A stretch of 32,265 nucleotides of DNA from Lophium mytilinum (lineage: Eukaryota): the NCBI GenBank assembly GCA_010093605.1, contig MU004192.1, positions 1,521,112 through 1,553,376 of the forward strand, given 5' to 3'. The notes beneath the pieces are model-generated. The model had not been told where the DNA came from. It saw nothing but the letters and a program-made list of their open reading frames with translations, and ran no database searches. Below, in pieces: positions 9,842 through 20,886 of this stretch. Each line of letters opens with the position of its first letter. Positions within the stretch are counted from its first letter, which is position 1. The translations under genes and the position numbers were made by a program.

Positions 9842-12800
9842 TCATACCAACGGCCCACGACAAGAATGGTTCTTGTGACAATGAACAGATTCCCACAGTA
9901 AAGACGGAAGGCCTTTGGGTAGAGTATCAGAGGCTTTCAGTGATGGACACTCCCAGTACAACTGGTCATCAGTCAGATAGAGAGTACGCTTGGATAGTAT
10001 GCGCTCTTGTTGCGACCAAGCTCGAGTATCCCACGAGGCGTCCGGAGTCAAGTGGATCGTGGGATCGTTGTTGTCGTCACTGGGTTGTCGTCCAGCACCA
10101 TTCTCTGGACTGTTGCTGCCATAGCTAGCGGCGATGGTGACTATCGCATTGCGGTAAAGGTTCGTCATTTTGGTACATTCTTCGCGGCGATCGCTCGGAG
10201 AGTCTTGAAGCACGCAAAGCGCATCCACCCATAGATAACGGAGGCCCAACTTCCTCGTAACTGATATGGCATCTGCCACTGGCTTCGAAAGGGAGTCAAT
10301 CGAGATGGAATCGAATAACGCGGCAGTGTTGTGCGAGGTGAGAAGGAGCTCGTCAGCAGCACTCCAAATGTAGCTCAGAGCTGCGTAAGCAGTGCTTGAC
10401 GGAAGGACGCTTGAAGCGACAACATGAATGGCAGTATCGTTAGACCCCGTGGAGTCGATGTCGAGAAGTCGGACTGGAAGCGTTGAAGTATGTTGTCCTT
10501 CGGGCATTGCGTGCTGACAGGAATGATGATGAGCAGCACAAGTCTGCAGCCAGTCTGAGACGTTGTGGAATCGAACTTCGTGCTCGGCAGAGCCTAGTGC
10601 ACTGACAGCAATGGGACTTTCATTAGTTGTGCAGTCAAGCAGGACCGCACAAGCCTTTGCCTCGTCCAGTGGTCCCGGAAAGGTGCGTGTTGTGTTTGGC
10701 CACGCGAGGCAACAGGATCCGGGGGTAAAGATTGAGGCAAGTGAGATTGCATCAGGGCGACTTTCTGGTAATGCATCCAGCATGGCCTTCACAGTCTCAA
10801 GCACGAGAAGCTCTTGGTGAGCTGGGTTCGTCTCTCGAAGTCGATCAAGCCACCAATGAACACGAGGAACGTCCTTGTAATAGAACTTGCCCCCCGTGAA
10901 TTCCTTCTGGAAGCCGTGATGGAGTTCGTCCTTATTCTCGCGGACTACTAGAGCCATCTCGAGAAACACACAGCCAAGCGACCATATGTCAGCCTCTGGT
11001 CCTCTTGAAGTATGATTTGCAACTTCGGGGGCGCAGTAGCGGGGTGTCATTCGACCAAAGTCTTGCTCCACAAGAAGGTCATCTGATGCTCGAGAGATCC
11101 CAAAATCGCTCAGGATGACATGTGGAAAATCGTTCTTGCCCTGAACTATTAGTATATTTTGCGGTTTGATGTCAGTATGCATCACAAGAGGCCGCTGCTC
11201 GTGTAGATATCGAACGGAAGAGGTCAGACATCCAAACATCTGGAGGACATTTTCTTTTCCGCCCACGGGAGCTTTGCCGGCGTAGTTTTCCAACCAGACA
11301 GACAATGTCATATCAGCGACTGGGGAAAGTAGAATCGATAGTCTGTCGCTTTGCGTGTACGACTCTAGGAGTCGGATGATGTGAGGATGTCGAAGTTGCT
11401 GAAGAATATCGACTTCTTGCGTGATATCAGTCGGTAATAGCTTCCTCGGTGGTCTGACGGTTTTCCGACAGAGCCGAAGTCCTGTCTCGCGGTGCAGTAC
11501 CTCCTCAACAGTGGAGAATCCGCCCATACCGAGGAATTTGATACTGAGAAACGACTGCGATGTAGGCGATGGATACCCTAGTATAGGATTTGTAATCTGC
11601 AATGACTCGGGTAGTAGTATTGTTGGAGTCAGAGTCTGTTCCGTATGAGAAGCTTCCCGGGATGCAATTGCAATCCTTGGGGTCAGCAAAATGCGATCTT
11701 CTCTTTCTAGTCGGATTACAGACCCGGCGGGGAGTCCAGAATGTTGACCGTGACCGTCCTTTAAACAAATACTCGGGCTGCTTCGTTGAGCGGACGCCTT
11801 CACGACGTAGCCGCACAAATCCAGCTCAGAGAGCACTGATCCTCTGCCATAGCAGGAAACGAAATCACTCCTAGACTTCAGATCGGGAGAAGTAAGCTCA
11901 ATGGTGCCGTTGAGTTCAACACCTACAGAACAAACCTCAGGCCGAATTGAAGCACCGTGCGGAGGCGTATGGCGATTGATATCGGGTTCGTCCACGCTGG
12001 ACGATGCTTTCATAGAATAGACGGGGTTTGGGCCGGGAGGATGTGTCGATATCGTTGACTCCTGGGAAGCATTTTGCCCTGTACTAGAAGAGAGCACGGG
12101 TTGACTGCCAGTGTCGACGCAATTGCTGCTCGCGCATCTACTAGATGCTCCGGAATTCAGTGATCTATGACTGCCTCCACTACCATCACCGTTCCCATCA
12201 GTGCCCGGACCTCCTTTGTCCCCATTAAAATGATTCCGCTTGCCTCCTATTTCTCTTCGAGCACTGCGTGTGGAAGTGTTGTCTTCGAAGTCGTCGTCTT
12301 TGGAGGTATCATCTCCTGGGGCGTCATCATCATCAGAATCGTCGCCGGAACTACTTTCACCCTCCTGGACACCGTCGTCCCATTCGAGCATGCACTTCCC
12401 CTGTTTGAAATGCTCGGCGATGTGGTCTATCCTTTCTTGGCGTGAAGAGAACACATGCGGGCAGAAACCACATTGCCTAGGAAAAGCCGTCTCCGCCTCT
12501 ACCAGGCTGTCTGCCTCATAGTCGGCGGCAGAAAATGTTGGATGGATGTTGTTGAAGTGCTGGGTGAAATGATAGCGACGGTAACATGGTTTGGCCCGTT
12601 CCAACCCTAGAGTCTGGCAGAGACTGCACAGCCAATGCCTCGAGGGGTAACCCTCTTGCTCATTGCGTTTCCAGTCGCATTTGCGGACATACCGTTTGCC
12701 ACATTTTCGAGTGCATTGATATATCCGGCTTTCGTCTCTGCATAGTAGATCTGGACTTGAAGTGGGGGTGCAACTCTTCTTGCCGAATCTCTTGCCACTC

Positions 12801-13894
12801 TTACGGGTGAGATCCTTGGTGCAATCAACCTCCTCAGTGGTTGTGGGGTCCATCAAATTCCGATCAAGTCCGTCATCGAGATCGTGAGGCCTTTCGTCCG
12901 ACCGCGTGGTACCTTCTCCGTTCGTTTGGGACATATAAGCCGAATCGTTCTCGGAATGAAGGCCCCGAGCAAGAAAATCTCCGAACCAGTTTCTTATTGC
13001 GCTGGCCGGCATCCTAGTCAAATGACTTAGAGCTGCGATGTCCTTGTCACTAGGGAATACAGAGTATCTCTTGCTGAACCACGTCGAGCAAACGTCTGCT
13101 GCATCTTCACTTAGTGCCGAGTCGGATTGACTTAGTTGATAATGGGATTTCCCTGAAATAGGCGTTCTCCCTTCGATCAGAGTTGTGTCGGAAGAGGCAA
13201 ACGTGAGAGATTCTGGGGACAGATGACTAGTTCCTTGAGTTTCTGATACCATTTGACGTTTTGGATACGGGAAGTCTGAGAAGTCTGCCTGGAACGGTCG
13301 CTTTCCGACAGCGCCTTGCTGAGTATCGCAGAACTCGAATGAATTTGACAAGGTGGCAGTCAGGTCAATGGGGCTTACTTCCGGCACCGCCTGCGCCGCC
13401 CAAGTTTTGGATGTATTAGGGAGGGCCTAGTATGGTCAGCACCAAGGTTTATTGAGTGGAGGAAATTGAATTGACTTGTCCTCTAGCAGGGACCGACCGT
13501 AATTCGCATAATAACGTTGAGTACTGCGACATGACTATCTATTTTCAAAAAGTCTTACCGATGTTGTGTTCAGATCATGTTGATGCTTGGAGGGCACACG
13601 AAAAGCATTTTGCGTAGTGGAACGCGTTAAATCAATTCCCTCGATTGCCTGCTGGAAGCCGGGAGCTCTCCCTGAGTTGAAGTCGAATGCAGATAGAGAC
13701 GTATCCACAGCGGATGGCATCGTCATGTCGCTATCCATGAAGTCTGGCGCAAAAGAGGCTGGGAAGTCGGAGTTCCACAAAGAACCATACTCTAATTGGC
13801 TGTCGAATGGTTGCAGATCAACATTGCTGTCCATTGCGTCCAGGCCGACAGAAGAGTAATCGAGGATGTCATGGAATGAAGTCTGAGAATCCAT
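9842..13894 (-). CDS. ~1306 aa multidomain protein: degenerate homeodomain + C2H2 zinc fingers + Ser/Thr kinase + HET domain
   Basis: Exon 1 13894..13559 (MDSQTSF...), intron 13558..13427 (GTAAGA..GCTGAC..TAG, phase 0), exon 2 13426..9842. Homeodomain-like TWF....FPS..DIAALSHLTRMPASAIRNWF. Fingers YQCTRKC, WLCSLC..HFTQHFNNIH and CGFC..RIDHIAEHF. Kinase GMGGFSTV, LCRK, HTDIKPQN, DFG, APE, DIWSLGC. HET LPVRLLD, YAALSYIW, LGLRYLWVDALCVLQD, M..LY.NA..TIAA, RAWSQQER.LS.R. Confidence 0.88.
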
Positions 13895-14688
13895 GCTTGC
13901 GACCCGAGTATCGCGAAATGGAGGTGTATAGCTGTTTCCCTCGCAGTGAATTTGGAGAAAGGGAAACAATAATGTGAGGTCTGCAAGTTATGAGTCAACT
14001 TTGAGCCTTGAAACGGAGGCCAACTAAGGCGTTGATCGCTTGGCAGATGCTGCGCCCTCGTCAGAGCCGTTGAGCGCCCTTTTTCCAAAGCCCTTCGCTG
14101 GTGTTGCAGACGAGAGGTCAGCCCTAGGCAGCAACATTCGCGCCAAAAGGGCGGAGTCCAATCCAATCCCGATCGATGATCGTCGTGCAGGGGCCCACAA
14201 GGTTGCATCGCCTTTCATCTTTCGCACAGCCACATCAGCATTTGAATTCCTGCATGAGATTATTACCAGTCGCCAACTTCAAACCTGGGAAGACTCCGTT
14301 CCTTTGCACTATCTTACTGGCCCTTATCTAATTTCTACCGTCCGGTTCTATCGAACACCATGTCAATAATTAGAAGGTCTACGTAGGTCCATACACAGTA
14401 AAACATTTTCTAAGATGCCAATTTAAGTACGCCTTCATTTCGCTTGAAGTACTACCGCACCCTTGTGTAGCGTCTTTCGCCGTATCACATCGATTATGCT
14501 AGCTGGGCATGTTTAGATGCATCTGTTCAAGACCCTTCAATTAGGATGTCATCTAGGAGACTACAAAGGTAATATGATCTTATACCCTTGCTTCTCCGGT
14601 AGAAGCACGCAAGTGATCATTATTCCGCTGGATTTCAAGTCCTTTCAAGCTAGCACACCACAGATTCGAAGAACGTGGAAAGATACCT

Positions 14689-16129
14689 TTAGAGTCTCGA
14701 CTGGCTCACTCCTGGCCAGACTTGTGCCACGAACTCTTCAGTATCCTGCAGCAATAAGCTAGGTTGCTCCAGAGCAGCAAAATGCCCACCCTGTTTAGAT
14801 AATCAGCAGAGCCTCGCAATTAGAACAGGCGGACATACCTTGCTGTGTTCTCGGTGAAATACTAGATTGCCTGCAGTTGCAGCCCAAGCTTTTGGTACGG
14901 GTGATAGTTCAAACGGGAAGTACGAAAACCCAAATGGCTTGTCTGTGGGATCGGGTTGTTTCTGCCCGCTGACGAGGCCTCGATAGGGATATATCGAGCG
15001 AGGAAAGGCGTCCGTGAACCAGTACAGAGACACCGACTCCAGAATCGTATCAAGGGTCGGATCTTCCTCAGTCCAATCCAAGAACTTCTCTCCAATCCTA
15101 TGTCGTTCGTTAACTTTTAATCGGTTTGCAAAAGAGGGAAGTTGACCGCGCCCACAGGGAAATCGAGCTTACCATGCTAGGAGTGCCAGAGGGTTTGATG
15201 ATAGGACGTGTCCAATGGTGCTGGGCCTTGTCCCGTGTTCTTGAGCATATGCAAATCCACGCTGTCGGAAAGCCTGGGTCCTTTGCAGCCCCTTACGTTC
15301 CACGTCGCTCACTTCAGCATTTTCCGGTGGATCTGTTATTATCATCATGTTTACTGATGCTGTTAGTTGCAACGAACGAGTCCAATGTTCTTACAAAATG
15401 ACGTACAATGTTTAGCCTTGCATTCGTTGTACTGCGAGAGCAATTCGGATGCAATGAAGCTTCCAACATCTCCCCCCTGAGCAACATATCCATTGCCGAA
15501 CCCAAGCTCAATCATCAAGTTGTTGATGATGAATGCAGCATCAGGTGTGGTGAAATCCTTGTCTAGTGGTGGGCCTGCAGATAAAGTATAGCCAGGAAGC
15601 GATGGAACAATCACATGATAGGGAAGTTCTTCTGGTGAATATTTGTTCTTAAGCAGAGACAACATCGGAAGGAACTCCAGGAAGCTCCCTTGTGGTGAGT
15701 AAGGTGTCAGCACGAGAAAGCAGATGAATGCTTGAATCACATACCTGGCCAGCCATGGAGGAAAACAACCGGGATGGCATCTTTCTTTTCGGAGAAGAGG
15801 GCAGCGAAATGAATGGCTGATTCATCACCATCTTTGTCTTTGACTCCCAGTTTGAAGTTCGGGAAGGAGTTGATATGTTTCTCATGAGCCCTCCAATCAA
15901 AAGACTCAAGCCAGTAGTCTTTGGCATTGGAAAGCCATGCTCGAGTTATCCCGAGGAGGCTGATACCATCTGGGCGATCGCCTTGCTTCCCTTCCCAGGT
16001 CACGGGGCCCAGTCTTGATAGCTGGAGTAGAGTTTTGAACTCTTTCAGATCGTCTTCTGGAACAGCAAGGGTATATGGTTGAGGGTGTCCCTTGGCGGAG
16101 CTCGGGATTTTGGTGTATGGTCCAGACAT
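14689..16129 (-). CDS. Epoxide hydrolase (microsomal/EHN-type alpha/beta hydrolase), 5 exons
   Basis: Exons 16129..15745, 15688..15407, 15353..15173, 15097..14839 and 14790..14689, all GT-AG and in frame. Motifs FDWR, HGWPGSFLEF, PSLPGY, AQGGDVG (nucleophile), HLNM, WIGEKF, GGHFAALE. Ends in SRL. Confidence 0.95.
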
Positions 16130-16815
16130 GATGGCTGTGGTTTGTGCTGGTGAATTGGCAATGACCCTATCTATGTATCGGTTCAACGTCATTTATGCCT
16201 CGGGATTAGCGTAATATGGAGTCATAGTCATGGGGACCGAGACCCCGAACTATTTGGGAATACCGAGACACCGTCTGAGATCATTCCAAGAGAGACCGAC
16301 TGTGCGACATCACAAGCGGAGAAAGCGGGGTGCCTAACGTTGTCAGTATTATCTATGTCAGCTTCTTCACTTCAAGATGGATCTCCTAGAAGACTCCCTC
16401 GTTCAGCAGTGAGATGAGTTTGTACGCATTATCGACATGAAAGTACATATATGTACTATTTCGTCCTTTGAGAGTGTTATATTTTAACTGATTCGATGGC
16501 TTTGAAGCAATACTGGCGGTCTCGGGTGACCGGAACTACTACCTTGAAAAGGCCCCCAGTATCGTTGCTCGGTAGGAGCACTCAGGCCGGGCCGATGTCG
16601 TGTGCGTAGCAATAATTGATGCGAGCGAGAAGAGAAGGGGAAGGGTACCTAGCACGCCTGGCAATCCGCAAGCATCCGAAGTGGTAGTAGTGGGGCACCC
16701 GAATCTCTGGGCAGCTAAGGCCTGAAAGCCCCTCGACCAATCGGACTTTCCCACATCCAAGCTTTCCCACACCAAACCACCAGGCCACCAGCACCATCTC
16801 GCTAGGAAGCACAAT

Positions 16816-17383
16816 ATGGTGAGCATGGTTTTATTTCCCACAAATGAAGTCTCGACTAACTCTATGATAGGCTCCTTCGCAAGCCAGCCGTAAGCGCGAG
16901 GGCGCGAAGCCCCGCAAGACCTCCCGGCCTCGACCAGTCTTCGAATCACCGGACACAGTTTTTCCCTCGTCCAAGAAGGACAAACGCACGATCAAGCACT
17001 CTGTATTTGTAAACAAAATCACCAAGACGCACAACAAGCCATTGAAACGGCGGAGGCCGAACAAGAAGCTCGTGGCCAATCTTGAGTCTCTTGCGGAAGC
17101 TTTACCAGATCTTGCTGAAGATGAAGATGGGGGGTCCACCACAATTGGAATGGCTAAAATACGACACAAGAGTCTGAAAAGTCGGCCAGGTGCCATGAAG
17201 CGCAAGGAGAAGATTGAGCAGCTAGAGCGGGAGAGGTTTGGGAAGAACCTGGCGCAGATGATGGGAAGCACACCAAGCCAGCAGGACAACGCAAAACCCG
17301 CTACAATCGCAGATCGCTGGTCGGCTTTGAAGTCGTTTGTCCAGAGCACGACAGAAGTGAAGCCAGAATTCGGAAAAACTTGA
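16816..17383 (+). CDS. SLX9: Ribosome biogenesis protein SLX9/FAM207A-like
   Basis: ATG-only first exon (16816..16818), intron GTGAGC..CTAAC..TAG 16819..16870, exon 2 16871..17383. Basic protein with SKKDKRTIKHS.FV, RRRPNKKLVANLESLAEALP, KSLKSRPGAMKRKEK..E.ERF..NL, RWSAL. Confidence 0.8.
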
Positions 17384-19014
17384 ATGGACTCGGGGCATAG
17401 TTAAGATTGCATCTACGAGAACTGTGGCCTGGCGTATGTTTCCGATACCCACTTAGAGGAGCTGAGTGTGAGACGGATCGGGTTTCTTGAAAAAAGAAAC
17501 GGGATAGTGGCAATGTTGCTGACTAGGCGACATACACTTTGATTACAACCTGGGCATCTAAGCCATAGTCCATACAGAGAAGATACCGGGCGTAGAAGAC
17601 AGACCCTCGGTGAAGCTGGCAAGACAGTTAGGAGGACGAGTTAAGCCAGAATTGAATAACAAAACAACATTTGCAATAACGCGCATCCGCGCGGAAAGCT
17701 ATACTCTTCCTCGGCAGAATTTGTTTAGAATGCTCGATTAGACATAGTGCGCCTTTATTTATAAAAAAGCCCACTGTAAAGACCTAACGTGTTATGCAGA
17801 TCTATTAAGCAGATATTTGTGACGAGCTTAATTACCACCCCTCTTTTCTCTGCCTATCTATCCTAAGCCTCCTCGCCTGCTAATGTGTCCACCACCTGCA
17901 GGTTCGCTCTTTAACACAAAAAGTACCTAGATATCCACCTCTTAAGCAGTCTGCCGTGCCAGGCCCTTTGTAATGAGCTATTGTCCTTCCCTCAAGTAGA
18001 ATCAAGTCCTCCTCTGTAGATATATAGCGGTTAGAGGGGTACTATTAAATATAGTGCAAGATATAAAGTGTAGTTTAATATAAATATTACGTTGAAGTCT
18101 AGTAAGTAATACACCTTCCTGTCAGTAAAGCAAAGTTGCTCCCAGCTGGGGGCTAAGGTTGAACTTAGTTGGGGGAAACAATAGGATGGGAAGAGAAATA
18201 GGGGGCAGTACTAGTAAACCTCCTAATTAGTAGCGTTATACCTATTTAATCTAATCTTCTCGTTAGCGTAGAGGTGTGCTCTAAAGTCTCTAATTTACTT
18301 GCTTAATTTATATATAAATTCTAAATACTTTCTCTAACTAAAGTAGGAATATAAAGAGTTAAAGTCTAATTCTATCTATATCTATAATATACTATAGCCC
18401 TCTAGCTACTATAGCTACTATAATATTAGAAAAGAAGTATATTTTACTCTATAATAGAGTACTATAGGCCTATAGTAAAGAGAGTAAAAGGTATAAAGCT
18501 TATTATACTTAGTAGATAGAGAGTAATAAAGAAATACTAAGCTTTATATAGGAAGCTCTAGTAAAATAAAATTATAGTAGTCTAATATACTTATTAATAG
18601 ATAGACTAATAGGTAGAGAAATAGAGAAATAGTAAAAAGGGGTAAGTATTTCTATGCCCCCCTATTATAGTTATATACCCTCTAGCTTTAGTAGATGCAC
18701 ACCCCTCTTATTTAATCTTTTAATTAGCTAGAAAGTAATCTTTTAATTAGCTAGAAAAGCTCGGACTTTTATTAAGAGCTCTAGAAGCCGGCTACCTAGC
18801 TTAAAAGGAGGGTATTATAGAAGAAGGTAGTATATTAATACTATAGAGAGTAGTATAGCGGCAGGATAGCCCCTATATTAAGTATTAGCCTTATTCTTAG
18901 CCTTAGGTAACGCTAGTATAGCTTCCTTATAAGGAGCTACAACTTTAGATATAAGAGTAGGAAGAGGAGGAGTTATAGATAAGAATAGCTAGGGCGGTAT
19001 AGCAGTATTATAGG

Positions 19015-19278
19015 TGTAAGTTTTATAATAGTATAAGCGTTATATCCTTTTATATAATAGGCCTAGAAGCCTTTAAATAGAATAAAACTGTAAGAGTTTA
19101 AACATATTATAATAAGCGTTAGATAATATTAAAAGAATATTAAAGAAGCGTTTTATAATATATTAAATAATATATATATATATAACTCTATTACTATTAG
19201 TATAGAATAGAACTTAAGTAATATAATTTCTATCTATCTATCTATCTATCTATTCTTACAATAAATCTATACTTAATA
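19015..19278 (+). mobile_element. Solo/remnant LTR of the copia family
   Basis: TGTAAGTTTTATAATAGTATAAGCGTTATATCC...(TCTA)n...CTATACTTAATA aligns with 19..275; flanks ATAGG/GTTGG give no clean TSD. Confidence 0.88.
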
Positions 19279-19586
19279 GTTGGGGGCTAGCTCTAATATA
19301 AAGAGGCTGTAATAAGGTAAGATCTTACTTATTTTAGTATACTTATAGGCATGTAGATATATAGGTAGCAATATAATGGCCTATATATACTATAGGAAAT
19401 TGAAAGTATCTATAGTAGAATAGGTATGCTGTATAGCCTTACTATAAGTACAGCCTTGCGTACGGCCTTACGCATAATCTTACATGCAGCGCGCGGTTGT
19501 ATATAGCCTACTGTAAATAGTAAGAATGTATAATGAAATAGTAAGACTATATAGCTTGCCTATTCTAAGCTTTAGAGTAGTAACCC

Positions 19587-19847
19587 TATTAAAGGTATAG
19601 AGTTAATTAAAAAATAGATAGATAGATAGATAGATAGGAATTATATTACTTAAGCTCTATTCTATATTAACAGCAATAGAGGATATATACACTATTTAAG
19701 GCATTATAAGACGCTTTCCTAACGTTCTTGTAATATTATCTAATATTTATTATATCATGTTTAAACAATTACAGTTTTACCCTACTTTAAGGCTTTTAAG
19801 CCTATTATATGTAAGGATATAACGCTTATGCTATTATAAATCTTATA
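19587..19847 (-). mobile_element. Solo LTR of the copia family
   Basis: Reverse-complement match to the LTR; flanked by AACCC / AATCC (TSD with one C>T). Confidence 0.92.
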
Positions 19848-19881
19848 AATCCAAGCCCTCTAGGCCAATTAGAAGATAAGA

Positions 19882-20055
19882 TGTAAGGAAGGGGTGTAAA
19901 ACTATAACAGGGGGGCGTAGAAGTACTTGTGCCCTAGAGAAATAGAGAAATAGATAAAGAGAAAAGTAATAGAATAGATAGATATATAGATACATAGTTA
20001 TATAGACATATAAATAAATAGATAGATAGATTTAAAGATAGATAGAAAGATAGAT

Positions 20056-20110
<55 letters not shown>

Positions 20111-20155
20111 AGGAAGGAAGTAGAAAACTTCTTTAATAGTATACATGTCCTTACA
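19882..20155. mobile_element. Putative LTR of a second family, with internal (GATA)n
   Basis: 274 bp bounded by the 8-bp inverted termini TGTAAGGA...TCCTTACA; internal sequence differs from the main LTR; no TSD visible. Confidence 0.5.
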
Positions 20156-20886
20156 CTAGTTCTAGACTAACTGTAGTATCTAGCAACCTACCTACTTCTA
20201 ATTTAATTCTAGTAGTTAGGCTCGCTAATCTAGCTAATAGCTTAAATTAATAGTATAGTTTGTTTATACTAACGCTAACTAGTATTATAGTAGAGAGAGA
20301 TAGAGATAGTAGGAGGATATACTTAGGTTAAATAGTAGTAATAGATAGAGGTGTAGATATAATATAGAGAGGCTATAATAGTAATACTTTAATAATTTAG
20401 TTATACTTCTAGATATATAGCAGATACTATTACAGTAATATATAACTGCAGAAATAGAAAGAATATATAATGAAATAGAGGGGCTATAGAGCCTTATATA
20501 TAGTGTAAATGCACGTAAGAACAACGCTTTAGACAAAGTAAGCCTTTCTACCTGAATTGGAATTTTAGACGGGATGGGCTGTGTACAATTACTAGAAAGG
20601 GGGTATATGAATATCAACACACTATTACATCTTCCTTTTTCAGGATCACGGTCACCAGAGAGGAGAAGGTTCGGAGTTGATAAGCCTGGAATAGGAGATC
20701 TAGAAGTTGAGGCCGTAGGCCCATTGTGCTGCCTATCAGGCTGCTTGGGAAAGAAGAGTAAGAGATGACACATAAAGGGAAGGACCGCCGCAATCAATTA
20801 AGAAGGGGCTCAGTAGCCTATTCCATGCGATTGACCCAATAGCACCGGGTCTACCTCACTCACCACACAAGTAGTTGATCTGAAAA

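Larger units (their letters stand above)
17950..20560. other. AT-rich RIP-degraded island containing LTRs and unidentifiable relics
   Basis: Sharp TpA enrichment and CpA/TpG loss with graded borders; no credible ORFs. Confidence 0.85.

Noticed and set aside
10007..12810. Multiple plus-strand ORFs opposite the kinase-HET gene (and similar ones opposite other genes)
   Set aside because: Antisense shadows of real coding sequence.
16540..16800. GC-rich stretch and minus-strand ORFs upstream of SLX9, considered as ncRNA or CDS
   Set aside because: No convincing RNA-family motifs or protein features; most simply promoter DNA.
18713..18758. 23-bp tandem duplication TAATCTTTTAATTAGCTAGAAAR
   Set aside because: Real, but an isolated duplication inside RIP-degraded DNA with no sign of function.
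19934..20146. 70-aa ORF with (SIYL)n
   Set aside because: Translation of the (TCTA)n microsatellite; not a gene.
20285..20797. 170-aa minus-strand ORF rich in Y/L/I/S
   Set aside because: Composition is typical of RIP-mutated AT-rich DNA; no domain motifs.
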